From: an uncultured Puniceicoccaceae bacterium
GTDB taxonomy: Bacteria > Verrucomicrobiota > Verrucomicrobiia > Opitutales > Oceanipulchritudinaceae
Reading direction: 5' to 3'
NCBI GenBank assembly: GCA_963933835.1
Contig: CAWVVV010000002.1
Location: 291,219 to 315,218 of the forward strand
DNA length: 24,000 bases
Of the stretch, positions 1 to 8,122 are shown one piece after another. Positions within the stretch are counted from its first letter, which is position 1; every line of letters starts with the position of its first letter. The translations under genes were made by a program, and so were the position numbers. The notes under the pieces were generated by a model, which worked only from the letters and a program-made list of their open reading frames with translations, did not search any database and was not told the origin of the DNA.

Positions 1-1
1 T

Positions 2-253
2 CCGCCGATCAGTTCAACCAAAGCACTGACGGGTCACAGCCTCGGTGCAACCGGAGCCCAAGAGATCATCTACAGCATGCTCATGCTCAACAATGGTTTC
101 ATTTCACCCAGCGTTCACATCACCGAGCTCGATCCGCAGGCCGAAGGCTTCCCGATCGTGCGCGAATACCGTGAGGCATCGCTGCGCACGGTGATGTCCA
201 ACAGCTTCGGGTTTGGCGGCACGAATGCATCGGTCGTTCTCAGGTCCATCTAA
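2..253 (+). CDS. fabB: 3-oxoacyl-[ACP] synthase I-like (KAS), C-terminal fragment; the gene runs off the left edge
   Basis: Frame 2 is open and reads ...[79 protein letters not shown], with stop TAA at 251-253. The GHSLGA and [10 protein letters not shown] motifs are the conserved KAS C-terminus. The IYS-LMLxxGF segment resembles my recollection of E. coli FabB more than FabF. Confidence 0.8.
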   Translation, partial: PPISSTKALTGHSLGATGAQEIIYSMLMLNNGFISPSVHITELDPQAEGFPIVREYREASLRTVMSNSFGFGGTNASVVLRSI

Positions 254-594
254 TGGAACCAAGAGTCAGCAGCGAGCGGGGGAATTACGCACTGTCGTTA
301 TTTGCTCTGGTCGATCGAAGTAAAGTTGACGACGCTAATCAGCAATTGCCGGAGCTCGCAGAGCAACTTCAGGCCTATCTGGGCGGAAACATGGGCATCG
401 AAATTTTGGATAGTCGGATCGAGCAACTTGGCGGAGACACCTACCTTGTGCTCAACGGCGTTGCGGGACCTTCCATTCCCGCTCTCTTCGCTTTGTGCGA
501 TGTGCAAAAGACCCAGCTTTTCCGTTATGAACGCGATGATTCAGATTCTGCTACTTTGACGCCGCTCGCGGTCGATCCTTCTGGGGGTAATTAG
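253..594 (+). CDS. hypothetical protein (113 aa), translationally coupled to the KAS gene
   Basis: ORF-track entry. Its ATG overlaps the upstream stop (TAATG at 251-255). Codon usage looks like that of neighbouring genes. I recognised no motif. Confidence 0.5.
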   Translation: MEPRVSSERGNYALSLFALVDRSKVDDANQQLPELAEQLQAYLGGNMGIEILDSRIEQLGGDTYLVLNGVAGPSIPALFALCDVQKTQLFRYERDDSDSATLTPLAVDPSGGN

Positions 595-634
595 CCTCAA
601 TTGCATGAAGCAACGTAGAGTTTTCGAAAACAGC

Positions 635-663
635 TTGACGGAGCTTTTTACAGGGGCATATTC
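635..663 (+). promoter_or_regulatory. candidate sigma70-type promoter for tRNA-Gln
   Basis: TTGACG at 635-640, a 16-nt spacer, then CATATT at 657-662. This places a start site a few nt upstream of the tRNA 5' end at 676. Pattern match only. Confidence 0.35.
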
Positions 664-675
664 CGCGTCTCTTTT

Positions 676-749
676 AGGCCTATGGTGTAATGGTAGCACA
701 GAGGTTTTTGGTATCTTTAGTTGGGGTTCGAATCCCTGTAGGCCTGCCA
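676..749 (+). tRNA. tRNA-Gln (anticodon UUG), 74 nt with encoded CCA
   Basis: Hand-folded cloverleaf. Acceptor AGGCCTA/TAGGCCT (7 bp). D stem GTGT/GCAC with loop AATGGTA. Anticodon stem GAGGT/ATCTT with loop TT-TTG-GT. 4-nt variable region. T stem TGGGG/CCCTG with loop TTCGAAT. Discriminator G plus CCA. Confidence 0.85.
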
Positions 750-771
750 TTTTTTGAAGTTTTGAAAGTAA

Positions 772-800
772 GGCTGCTCCGAAAAGAGCGGCTTTATCTT
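772..800 (+). terminator. candidate intrinsic terminator after tRNA-Gln
   Basis: Stem GCTGCTC (773-779) pairs with GAGCGGC (786-792): 7 bp including one G-U pair. Loop CGAAAA. Followed by TTTATCTTTCT. Confidence 0.45.
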
Positions 801-890
801 TCTATCCTTAGTGGGTAAGCGCTTTTCGCCGCTTGACAGCCGAAAGACTGCCCGCTGTTTTCCTCCATTCAATTTTAAATATTACCCGCT

Positions 891-1031
891 ATGATGCCAA
901 CCTATCGTCCCTCTAAGCTAAAGCGTGCGCGCAAATTTGGCTTTCGTGCCCGCCGTGCTACCAAAAGTGGCCGCAAGGTTCTCCAAGCTCGCCGCGCTCG
1001 CGGACGCAGCCGCCTCTCGGCGTCTGTCTAG
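891..1031 (+). CDS. rpmH: 50S ribosomal protein L34
   Basis: Not in the ORF track (46 aa). Hand translation gives [46 protein letters not shown]. The pattern xxPSxLKRxRxxGFRARxATKxGRxVLxxRRAKGR is diagnostic of L34. It sits immediately upstream of rnpA, the near-universal arrangement. Confidence 0.95.
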   Translation: MMPTYRPSKLKRARKFGFRARRATKSGRKVLQARRARGRSRLSASV

Positions 1032-1036
1032 TCTGG

Positions 1037-1444
1037 TTGGCTGGCGTATCTGCCATGCGCTTTAGGCGCGAACAGCATATTAGACGCACCACTGAATTCT
1101 CAGTCGTGCGCACTCAGGGAAAGCGTCGAGATTGCGGCGCTTTTTTTGTGCACCTACTCCGAACAGAGCAGAAAGAGGGCTTAGGGCTGAGGAGAGTTGG
1201 CGTTGTTGCGTCTAAGCGCGTGGGCAACGCAGTAGAGAGAAACCGGGCAAAACGGCTACTACGGGAGGCCTTCCGCCACGAAATCGAAGAGCTGCCCGCG
1301 GGTTGTGATCTCGTTTTGACTGCTCGCCGCTCGATTCTTAACTTTGATCTCGAAACCTGCCGCCGCCGCTTAGTCACAGCGGTGAAGCAACTGGGCAAAC
1401 AAAACCACTTGTCTGAAGAGACGCATAAGGAGCGAGAGCAGTGA
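1037..1444 (+). CDS. rnpA: ribonuclease P protein component
   Basis: Basic protein of about 130 aa carrying the RNR motif ([15 protein letters not shown]), located directly after rpmH. The start is ambiguous: TTG at 1037 or in-frame ATG at 1055 ([11 protein letters not shown]...). Confidence 0.9.
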   Translation: MAGVSAMRFRREQHIRRTTEFSVVRTQGKRRDCGAFFVHLLRTEQKEGLGLRRVGVVASKRVGNAVERNRAKRLLREAFRHEIEELPAGCDLVLTARRSILNFDLETCRRRLVTAVKQLGKQNHLSEETHKEREQ

Positions 1445-1773
1445 AAGAGGGCGCCCCTTCGCGGAAGCGGCGACCACTGCATCTTTGGCCTGCGTTCGTC
1501 CTACTAGGATTCTACCGTTGGATTATCTCTCCGGTCATTCATGCCTTTGCTCCCGGTATGGGCTGTCGATATCAGCCTAGCTGCTCAGCTTATGCGGGCG
1601 AGGCACTTGATCGCTTTGGACTCTTGCGTGGCAGCTGGTTGGCGCTTCGTAGACTCTCTGATTGTCATCCTTTTGGGCACGCTGGTCCCGACCCAGTGCC
1701 GAAGACTTGGCCAGGCTGGTGGGCCCGTCGCCGTCACTATTTTGGCAAAACTGGCACAGAGAATGAAATCTAG
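1441..1773 (+). CDS. yidD: membrane protein insertion efficiency factor YidD
   Basis: YRWIISPV...[47 protein letters not shown] matches the YidD signature (CRFxPSCSxYxxEA...RxxRCHP...G.DPVP). The GTG start overlaps the rnpA stop (GTGA). It has a longer C-terminal tail than typical YidD. Confidence 0.9.
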   Translation: MKEGAPSRKRRPLHLWPAFVLLGFYRWIISPVIHAFAPGMGCRYQPSCSAYAGEALDRFGLLRGSWLALRRLSDCHPFGHAGPDPVPKTWPGWWARRRHYFGKTGTENEI

Positions 1774-1832
1774 GCCCGTTCTGGTTGCCAAGTTGCCCCA
1801 GAACCCTCCTGATCCTCCGTTTTAAATTTTTC

Positions 1833-3713
1833 ATGGATAAGAAGAACACACTTTTAGGCACGATTTTCCTCATTGCTGCCCTTGGTTTGATGTATTGGAA
1901 CTCCAAGCAGATGGCAGAGGCCCAGCGCCGGGCCGCGGAGGAGGCTGCTGCTAACCCACCTGTCATCGAGGCTCCTGCCGAAGATAGCGCTGCGCCATTT
2001 TTCGGCTCTCCAGCGACGATCGTCAGTGATGTTCCTGGGATGTTACAAGAGGTTGTCCCGCCGCCAGCTCCAACGTCGGACGAGGTCACAACCGTCATTG
2101 GCAACTCGTATTTCGAGGCGACACTCACATCGCTTGGCGGCGCAATCAAGACCGTTGCCCTCATCGCGCGCGATGAGGATGGCGAGTTTGTCTACCCGAT
2201 CGAGCTGGATTCGGAAGAGCCCGTTGTGCTGCATGCCCTCGCAGAGACACTGCCCTTTAGCCTTTCGCAGTTGAGCGGAAATGACTTCCGTCCGCTTGCG
2301 CTTGATTTTGCTCTGATTGAGTCATCGTACGATCGCGTTGTATTTGAAACCTCACTACCGCAGGGCTTGGTCATTCGCCGAACTTATGAGTTGGTCGAAG
2401 GCGAAGATGGGACCCCGGCAGACTATACAATCCGCCACACACTCACGGTCTTGAATCCAGGCACAACCGACTTTGATCTGTCGGAATTGTATTTGAATAT
2501 TGGGACGGCCGCGCCGACCAATGCCGACCCTTACGGTATGGACCTGAACGCCTCGGTCAATGTCGATGGCAAGTATAAGAACATCGCCGCGAGTAAGTTT
2601 AAGAGCAGCTTCTTTTCCAGCGCCAAAAAGCGTGTCGAGCGCACTGGATCGATCAAATGGGCGGCGGTTAAGAATCAATTTTTCACCTCCATCGTTACAC
2701 CAGAGACACCGGGTAACAGCCTCCTCTCGCTTCCGGTGAAGTATCCGACCCCACTCAAATCGCGGAAGCCGTCGATTGGGATCACCTCGTTTATTGAGTT
2801 CGATTTTGATCTCGTGATGGCAGGCACCTCACAGAGCTTGGTAATGGATTACTACTCGGGGCCAAAAGACTTTAACCGTCTCAAGCAGATGGGTGCCAAG
2901 CAGGAAGACGTCATGCACTTCGGCTGGTTCATGGGCATGTTCCTCGGGATTATTGCCTTTGTCGGGAAGGCTCTCTTTAGCCTCCTCAGCTTTATCCACG
3001 GCCTGATTGGCAACTGGGGTTTCGGGATCATTTTAATGACCTTGGTTGTCCGCCTCTTGCTTTGGCCTTTGACCGCCAAGGCGGCGCGCTCTTCGAAGCG
3101 GATGCAAGAGCTGCAAAAGCCAATGGCCGCGCTCAAAGAGAAGTTTAAAGACAGCCCTCAGAAGCAGCAGCAGGCGACCCTTGAGCTTTTCAAGAAGCAT
3201 AAGATCAATCCACTTTCAGGCTGCTGGCCGCTCCTGCTGCAATTCCCGATCTTCATCGCGATGTTTAATCTTTTGCGGAATACGTCGGACCTTCGCTTCG
3301 CTGAGTTTCTTTGGATTACGGACCTTTCGATGCCGGATGCGTCGATCCCGCTGGGAGACTTTGCCCTCGGTCCGATTAAGGGTGCGATCAATGTTCTTCC
3401 GTTTATCTGGCTCGTTAGCATGTGGTTCCAGATGAAGATGATGCCGCAGCCGTCGGTTGATAATGCGCAGGTAAAGATCATCAAATACATGCCTTTCATC
3501 TTTTTCCCGATGACCTATTTCTTCTCGAGCGGCCTCGTTCTCTACTGGACGACGACAAATGGCTTCTCGATTTTCCAAGCCTGGATGACGAAGCGGAGTA
3601 AGGATTCCGAAGATATTGCGATCGAAGCGGAGATCCTCGAGAGTGAGGAGAAGAAGACCGTCTTGAAGACAGGTCCGATTCCGTCGAAGAAAAAGAAACG
3701 CAAGAACCCCTAG
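1833..3713 (+). CDS. yidC: membrane protein insertase YidC (626 aa from ATG 1833)
   Basis: N-terminal TM (MDKKNTLLGTIFLIAALGLMYW), a large periplasmic domain, then the conserved 60-kDa insertase core (GFGIILMTLVVRLLLWPLT...MQELQP...GCWPLLLQFPIFIAMF...LPFIW...YWTTTNGFSIFQ). The track ORF begins at TTG 1785. ATG 1833 is the more plausible start. Confidence 0.95.
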   Translation: MDKKNTLLGTIFLIAALGLMYWNSKQMAEAQRRAAEEAAANPPVIEAPAEDSAAPFFGSPATIVSDVPGMLQEVVPPPAPTSDEVTTVIGNSYFEATLTSLGGAIKTVALIARDEDGEFVYPIELDSEEPVVLHALAETLPFSLSQLSGNDFRPLALDFALIESSYDRVVFETSLPQGLVIRRTYELVEGEDGTPADYTIRHTLTVLNPGTTDFDLSELYLNIGTAAPTNADPYGMDLNASVNVDGKYKNIAASKFKSSFFSSAKKRVERTGSIKWAAVKNQFFTSIVTPETPGNSLLSLPVKYPTPLKSRKPSIGITSFIEFDFDLVMAGTSQSLVMDYYSGPKDFNRLKQMGAKQEDVMHFGWFMGMFLGIIAFVGKALFSLLSFIHGLIGNWGFGIILMTLVVRLLLWPLTAKAARSSKRMQELQKPMAALKEKFKDSPQKQQQATLELFKKHKINPLSGCWPLLLQFPIFIAMFNLLRNTSDLRFAEFLWITDLSMPDASIPLGDFALGPIKGAINVLPFIWLVSMWFQMKMMPQPSVDNAQVKIIKYMPFIFFPMTYFFSSGLVLYWTTTNGFSIFQAWMTKRSKDSEDIAIEAEILESEEKKTVLKTGPIPSKKKKRKNP

Positions 3714-3755
3714 TAAGCGAACGGCGCTTACGACCAATCTCCCACCCACCGAACC

Positions 3756-4508
3756 ATGTCTGGACACAGTAAATGGGCAACGACCAAGCGCCACAAGGCA
3801 GTCGTCGATGCCAAACGCGGCAAAATCTTCAGCACCCTTTCCAAGGACCTTACCTTAACGGCCCGTAATGGCGGAGGTGACCCAGAGTTCAATCCGCGCC
3901 TGCGCACGACGATCGTCAAAGCCAAGGCGGCAAACATGCCTGCGGACAATATCGACCGCGCGATCAAGAAAGGCACGGGCGAGCTTCCCGGAGTTGAATA
4001 CAGCGAGTTGCTCTACGAAGGTTATGGTCCCGGCGGCATTGGTATCATCGTCGAAGTGACGACGGACAATAAGAACCGCGCCGCCAGTGACGTGCGTTCT
4101 ACTTTCACCAAAAACGGCGGTAATCTCGCGACCCCCGGTGCGCTTCAGGCGTTTTTCAACCATCAGGGCCAGTTCCTCATCGCGGCCGATAAAACGAACG
4201 AAGAGCAGCTCATGGAAGTTGCCCTCGAAGCCGGTGCGGAAGATATCATCGATAACGGCGACCACTTTGAGGTGCGCTCGCCGATGGGTGAATACGACAA
4301 CGTCGCAACCGCGCTGGAGGCTGCCGGCATCGAATCAGGGAGCAGCGAGCTTGCCTACATCCCGAGTTCGTTGAACGCGATTACGGATAAAGACATGGTG
4401 GCTAAAGTCCTTCGCCTGACCGAAGCTCTCGACGATCTCGACGATGTGCAGAATGTCTTCGATAACAGTGAGATCGCGCCAGCGCTGCTCGAAGATAGCG
4501 ACGCTTAG
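3756..4508 (+). CDS. yebC: YebC/PmpR-family DNA-binding transcriptional regulator
   Basis: MSGHSKWATTKRHKAVVDAKRGKIFSTLSKDLTLTARNGGGDPEFNPRLRTTIVKAKAANMPADNIDRAIKKG is the highly conserved YebC/TACO1 N-terminus. The 250-aa length is typical. Confidence 0.92.
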   Translation: MSGHSKWATTKRHKAVVDAKRGKIFSTLSKDLTLTARNGGGDPEFNPRLRTTIVKAKAANMPADNIDRAIKKGTGELPGVEYSELLYEGYGPGGIGIIVEVTTDNKNRAASDVRSTFTKNGGNLATPGALQAFFNHQGQFLIAADKTNEEQLMEVALEAGAEDIIDNGDHFEVRSPMGEYDNVATALEAAGIESGSSELAYIPSSLNAITDKDMVAKVLRLTEALDDLDDVQNVFDNSEIAPALLEDSDA

Positions 4509-4533
4509 TAGACAGCCGCCCTCTGGGTGCTAT

Positions 4534-5178
4534 TCAGCGATAGCTGGCAGTGGCTCGGGTAGATCCAAAGACGTAACTCAGTACACCTGGGTTCACGACG
4601 ATTTCGGATACCTGGGTCGTGTTACTTAGAGTAGCATCAACCGACGTGGTGACTAAAAACGGCATTGGGATTTCGTCGACATAACGGTAGTCGCCGTATT
4701 CGACGGTGACTGAATTTGGACCCTCTGCTTCGGCGCTCTTGAAGGAAATGTCTCTTTGCGTGCATAGAAAATGCCCTGCGTTGATCGTCATCTTGTCGAC
4801 GTAGCGCCCGCTTCGGCGCTCGATCACATAGGGGGCATCGCTGTCATCGCTGCCTGCAGGTAAAAGGGCTAATGCTCCCTCGCGCCAAAGCGAATCACTG
4901 AAGGGCTTCAAGGTCATGAGATCGATTTCGATCAGGATCCGATCGAGACCATCGAGCCGACTGTATTGGGTTGCTCCGTGGGTGATCTCAATCCGCCGCC
5001 AGATGTCATCCCCATTGGAGCCAGCCGTCATGGTGTAGCCTTTTGTTTCATACAAATAGCGGATGTGATCTGGAGTCCTAAAAATTACGGTCGAGTTGAT
5101 TCGATCGGTCTTGTCGTCTCGGTGAATAGTGACTTTCCCGGCACGCCGTAAGGTCTGGATGTCCGTGAGTCTTTGCAC
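4534..5178 (-). CDS. hypothetical protein (214 aa), beta-rich; possibly a LolA/RseB-like fold (weak guess)
   Basis: ORF-track entry. GTG start preceded by GGAGG (reverse complement of 5181-5185). No motif I can name. Convergent with yebC. Confidence 0.55.
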   Translation of the reverse strand: MQRLTDIQTLRRAGKVTIHRDDKTDRINSTVIFRTPDHIRYLYETKGYTMTAGSNGDDIWRRIEITHGATQYSRLDGLDRILIEIDLMTLKPFSDSLWREGALALLPAGSDDSDAPYVIERRSGRYVDKMTINAGHFLCTQRDISFKSAEAEGPNSVTVEYGDYRYVDEIPMPFLVTTSVDATLSNTTQVSEIVVNPGVLSYVFGSTRATASYR

Positions 5179-5204
5179 GCCTCCGTGCGCTTTGAGTGCA
5201 CGCC

Positions 5205-5471
5205 TTATGACTCTTCTTGCAGGTCTAGGCGTTCACCGTTGTTGGGTGTATCAAAGAGTTGATTCTCTGGCCGTGTTGAATACGCGAGAATCTCTGCCTC
5301 AGTGAGTACTTCTTTGGCAACAAAGCCGGTCTCTCCTGGGCCTTGAAGAACCTTCACGATGATGAAAAACCCACCCACTAGCATAACCATACCACAAAGG
5401 ATACTTCCGAGTTGGTAGAGTAGGGCGTGATTTCTTAAGTGATTGTGGAATTCCTCTTTAGATGCCATCAC
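5205..5471 (-). CDS. small single-pass membrane protein (88 aa)
   Basis: ORF-track entry with one strong hydrophobic helix (LLYQLGSILCGMVMLVGGFFIIV). It ends 26 nt upstream of the 214-aa gene on the same strand, so the two are probably co-transcribed. Confidence 0.5.
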   Translation of the reverse strand: MMASKEEFHNHLRNHALLYQLGSILCGMVMLVGGFFIIVKVLQGPGETGFVAKEVLTEAEILAYSTRPENQLFDTPNNGERLDLQEES

Positions 5472-5609
5472 CCACTACAGGTATCCAGTTTCTCGGACTC
5501 GGCAAGGCCTTGCTTTGGCGCGCTTTTTGATCGCTGAAAGGCTCCCTCATCGACTGGCTGTGGAATTCGAGCAAATGCGGGGGGTTGACGCGTTCGCTAT
5601 ACTCTTACT

Positions 5610-6480
5610 GTGCGAATGAAATATATAAACAAAGCAGCTTTGATATTGGGGCTCTGGGTTGCGTCGGGAGCCGGTCTTGATGCGGCCGTCCTAAAGGTCG
5701 CGGTTTCGTTACCGCCACAGGCCGAAATCGTTCGGGCTGTCGGTGGAGAGCGTGTCGAGGTGACTGTTGTGCTGCCGGCAGGGGTAGGGCATGAGTCCTA
5801 TTCGCCGCGGCTTAGAATGCTGCGCCGAGTGGCGATGGTTGATCTCTACTGGGCGACGGGGGGTGGGTTTCGAACGGATCTGGCTTCCTAAGCTTTCTGC
5901 CTCCAATCCAGCCTTAGAAATCTTTGAGTGGACGGCTGTGGCCTGTGAGCATACGCACCATGATCATGCCGAGCATGAGGACCTCCATCGCTGGCTAGAT
6001 ATCGCAGCGGTTGAAGAGGCAGGAGTACTTTTAGCCGAGCAAATGACGCGTCTTGATCCGGCCGGAGCTGCCCTCTATGCGAAAAATTCTCGGGCCTTTT
6101 CGGCTCTTTGTGCTGAGCTCAAGGCTGAGTTAAAAGACCTCTTTGAGCCCCACCAAGGGCGTCGCTTTTATGTCTACCATGGCGCTTTTGGCTATTTTGC
6201 GGAGGCCTTTGGTTTGGAGCAAGTGGCCCTTGAGAGCGAAGGCCGTGAGCCCTCCCTTCGTGGCCTGAGCAATCTCATTACGACGGCGCGTGCCGACGGC
6301 GCTCGCTTCGTTTATATACAGCCACAAATACAGGCTCCATCGGCCCAGCGACTTGCTGAGGCGATCGGGGCTGAACTCATTGTTTTGGATCCTTTAGCGG
6401 AGCAATGGGCGTCCAATCTCCGTTCGATCGCTCAAACCATGGCGGATGGATTCGCCGCTGCCCCGAAATCGAAAGAATGA
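5610..6480 (+). pseudogene. znuA: ZnuA/TroA-family (cluster 9) periplasmic zinc-binding protein, interrupted by a +1 frameshift
   Basis: Two track ORFs (5610-5891 and 5791-6480) together make one binding protein. Signal peptide (M)KYINKAALILGLWVASGAGLDA, then ...LPAGVGHESYSP...VDLYWATG // GVGFERIWLPKL..., a His-rich loop EHTHHDHAEHEDLH, and ...FYVYHGAFGYFAEAFGL... Deleting one G from the G6 run at 5858-5863 yields the continuous LYWATGVGFERIWLPKL. The start is GTG 5610 or ATG 5616. Confidence 0.8.
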
Positions 6481-7235
6481 CCGCCGCGATTGAATTCAAA
6501 GAGGTAGCGTTTGCCTACCGACAACGTCAGGTGCTGGAGGGCCTTTCATTTAGCATCTCCCCGCACGAGACGGTCTGTTTTGTCGGACCCAACGGAGGGG
6601 GGAAATCGACCGCGCTAAAGCTGATGCTCGGCCTCCTCAGTCCGCAAAAAGGCAGTGTCCGTATCCTTGGCAAAGCGCCGCGCCGCGCTCAACGCCGGAT
6701 TGGCTACATGCCTCAAAGTTTAGAATTTGATCCGCTCTTTCCCCTGACAGTCAAAGATGTCGTGCTCGCCGGGCGTTTGAACGGAATGCGCCCCGGGTTT
6801 TACTCCCGCAATGATCGGCTGATCGCTGCTGGCTGCCTTGATGAAATGGAACTCAGCGGAGTCGCTGAGCATCCAATGGCTGAGCTCTCAGGAGGCCAAC
6901 GTCAGCGGGGTTTGATCGCTCGTGCGCTCGCGGTAGAACCAGAGATCCTCTTGCTCGATGAACCGACGGCGATGGTCGATGCCCATCTTGAGACACGGCT
7001 TCTGGAGAAAATTCGGAGCCTCCACCGCCAGTTGACGATTGTATTGGTTTCTCACGACGCCGCGTTCGTCTCGTCCTTAGTCGAACGTGTTTTTTGCGTT
7101 AACACCACCGTCACTGAACATGCCGCCGAGGGTTTGACGGCGGAGACGATGCATGCGCTCTACGGCGACGCGGTCCAAGTCGTGCGCCATGATCACGACT
7201 GCGCTCACGATCACGGGGAGGGCGGCCATGAGTGA
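6477..7235 (+). CDS. znuC: zinc/manganese ABC transporter ATP-binding protein (ZnuC-like), intact
   Basis: Walker A GPNGGGKST, signature LSGGQRQR, Walker B ILLLDEPT, H-loop SHD. The ATG overlaps the znuA stop (ATGA at 6477-6480). The track ORF start at 6405 is an upstream in-frame extension. C-terminal His-rich tail HDHDCAHDHGEGGHE. Confidence 0.9.
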   Translation: MTAAIEFKEVAFAYRQRQVLEGLSFSISPHETVCFVGPNGGGKSTALKLMLGLLSPQKGSVRILGKAPRRAQRRIGYMPQSLEFDPLFPLTVKDVVLAGRLNGMRPGFYSRNDRLIAAGCLDEMELSGVAEHPMAELSGGQRQRGLIARALAVEPEILLLDEPTAMVDAHLETRLLEKIRSLHRQLTIVLVSHDAAFVSSLVERVFCVNTTVTEHAAEGLTAETMHALYGDAVQVVRHDHDCAHDHGEGGHE

Positions 7236-8066
7236 CCTTTTCTCTGGGCCAAATGGCTTTTTATGGCTTGGGCTCTTGGTTGGACTGGGGGCAAGTTTTG
7301 CCTTTGGCAGCCTCGGCTCAATCATCGTCGCGAAGCGGTTGGGTTATCTCGCCGGTGCGGTGGCGCACGCGTCGCTCGGCAGTATCGGCGTCTGTCTTTA
7401 TGCTGAACGAGTATTGGGCTGGGCATGGGTGGATCCACTCTGGTGTGGAGCCCTCCTTTCAATGATTGCTGGTCTACTCATGGAGGTGATCCGGCGCGTC
7501 TCCCCAGAGCGCGAAGATACTTTGCTTGGCGCGCTGTGGGCGGTCGGGATGTCAGTCGGCTTGATCTGCCTTTCGCAGACCCCGGCTACGCAAATCCATC
7601 GAGCTATCTTTTCGGCAACTTGCTCTTGGTTTCGACCGGAGACTTGTGGCGTATCCTGATCCTCGATGCGATTCTCTTGGGACTGCTTGGCGCCTATTAT
7701 CCGATCTGGCAGGCCTCTGCTTTTGACGAGGAGTTTGCCCGCCTGCGCGGAGTGAAAGTGGAACTCTTTTCGGCCCTCTTTATTGCCCTTGTGAGCCTCA
7801 GTGTAGTCCTGCTCTTGTCAGTTGTTGGTCTGCTCTTGGTCGTGGCTTTGATGACGCTGCCAGCCTCGGCTGCTAGCCGGGTGACGAAGTCGCTTGGAGG
7901 TATGATGATCGGCGGTGTTGTGATTTGCGCCATCAGTGTGGTCTCGGGCCTAGCGCTGAGTTATGCCACCGATTGGCCTTCGGGTCCTTCGATCGTCATT
8001 TTTTCTGCCGTGATGTACTTCGCCTTTGCTCAGTTCGGGAGCTGGCGCAGCCGGCGGCAGGCATAA
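7228..8066 (+). pseudogene. znuB: ZnuB-like ABC-3 family permease, interrupted by a -1 frameshift
   Basis: Track ORFs 7153-7659 (real start ATG 7228, MSDLFSGPNGFLWLGLLVGL...) and 7425-8066 carry the N- and C-halves of one permease: ...GALWAVGMSVGLICLSQTP // GYANPSSYLFGNLLLVSTGDLW... One extra base in CCCCGG (7580-7585) would restore LSQTPGYANPSSYLFG. The ATG overlaps the znuC stop by 8 nt. Confidence 0.8.
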
Positions 8067-8093
8067 AAAAACCTCTCCGGTGACGGAGAGGTT
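8064..8093. terminator. bidirectional intrinsic terminator between znuB and the small basic protein gene
   Basis: Perfect 8-bp stem CCTCTCCG (8072-8079) / CGGAGAGG (8084-8091) with loop GTGA. It is flanked by A7 on the + strand, which is a T7 tract after the hairpin on the - strand. It looks strongest for the minus-strand gene ending at 8123. Confidence 0.7.
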
Positions 8094-8122
8094 AGTAAAG
8101 TATTTGGAAGCTGCCGAGCTGC

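Noticed and set aside
833-838. Perfect TTGACA upstream of rpmH
   Set aside because: No acceptable -10 hexamer lies 16-18 nt downstream; the sequence there is TGTTTT. The AT-rich TAAATATTAC at 876-885 is too far away. A promoter call is not supportable by eye.
1785-1832. Upstream extension of yidC (TTG start, MPSCPRTLLILRFKFF)
   Set aside because: The ATG at 1833 gives the canonical short cytoplasmic N-terminus followed by the TM helix (MDKKNTLLGTIFLIAAL). The extension has no support.
1577-2164. 195-aa and other long antisense ORFs over yidD/yidC (also 3216-3794, 10431-10880, 10663-11169, 13000-13392, 14730-15239)
   Set aside because: Each is antisense or out of frame to a gene with clear family motifs. 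The translations are low-complexity, which is consistent with GC-driven open frames.
2992-3000. DnaA-box-like TTATCCACG
   Set aside because: It is a single copy with one mismatch inside the yidC coding sequence, with no clustering and no AT-rich unwinding element. It is not an origin.
5585-5603. TTGACG and TATACT hexamers just upstream of the znuA-like start
   Set aside because: They look like -35 and -10 boxes, but they are separated by only 7 nt rather than about 17, so they cannot form one sigma70 promoter.
5579-5863. Phase variation via the two G6 tracts at the zinc operon
   Set aside because: Contingency loci usually use tracts of 8 or more. G6 is short, and the second lesion in the operon is not in a long tract. 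Decay or a sequencing error is more parsimonious. I retain it only as a minor alternative in the findings.
6405-6476. Upstream extension of the ZnuC-like ORF
   Set aside because: It lies entirely inside the znuA-like gene in another frame. The ATG at 6477 forms a typical ATGA coupling, and the product begins just before the ABC fold.
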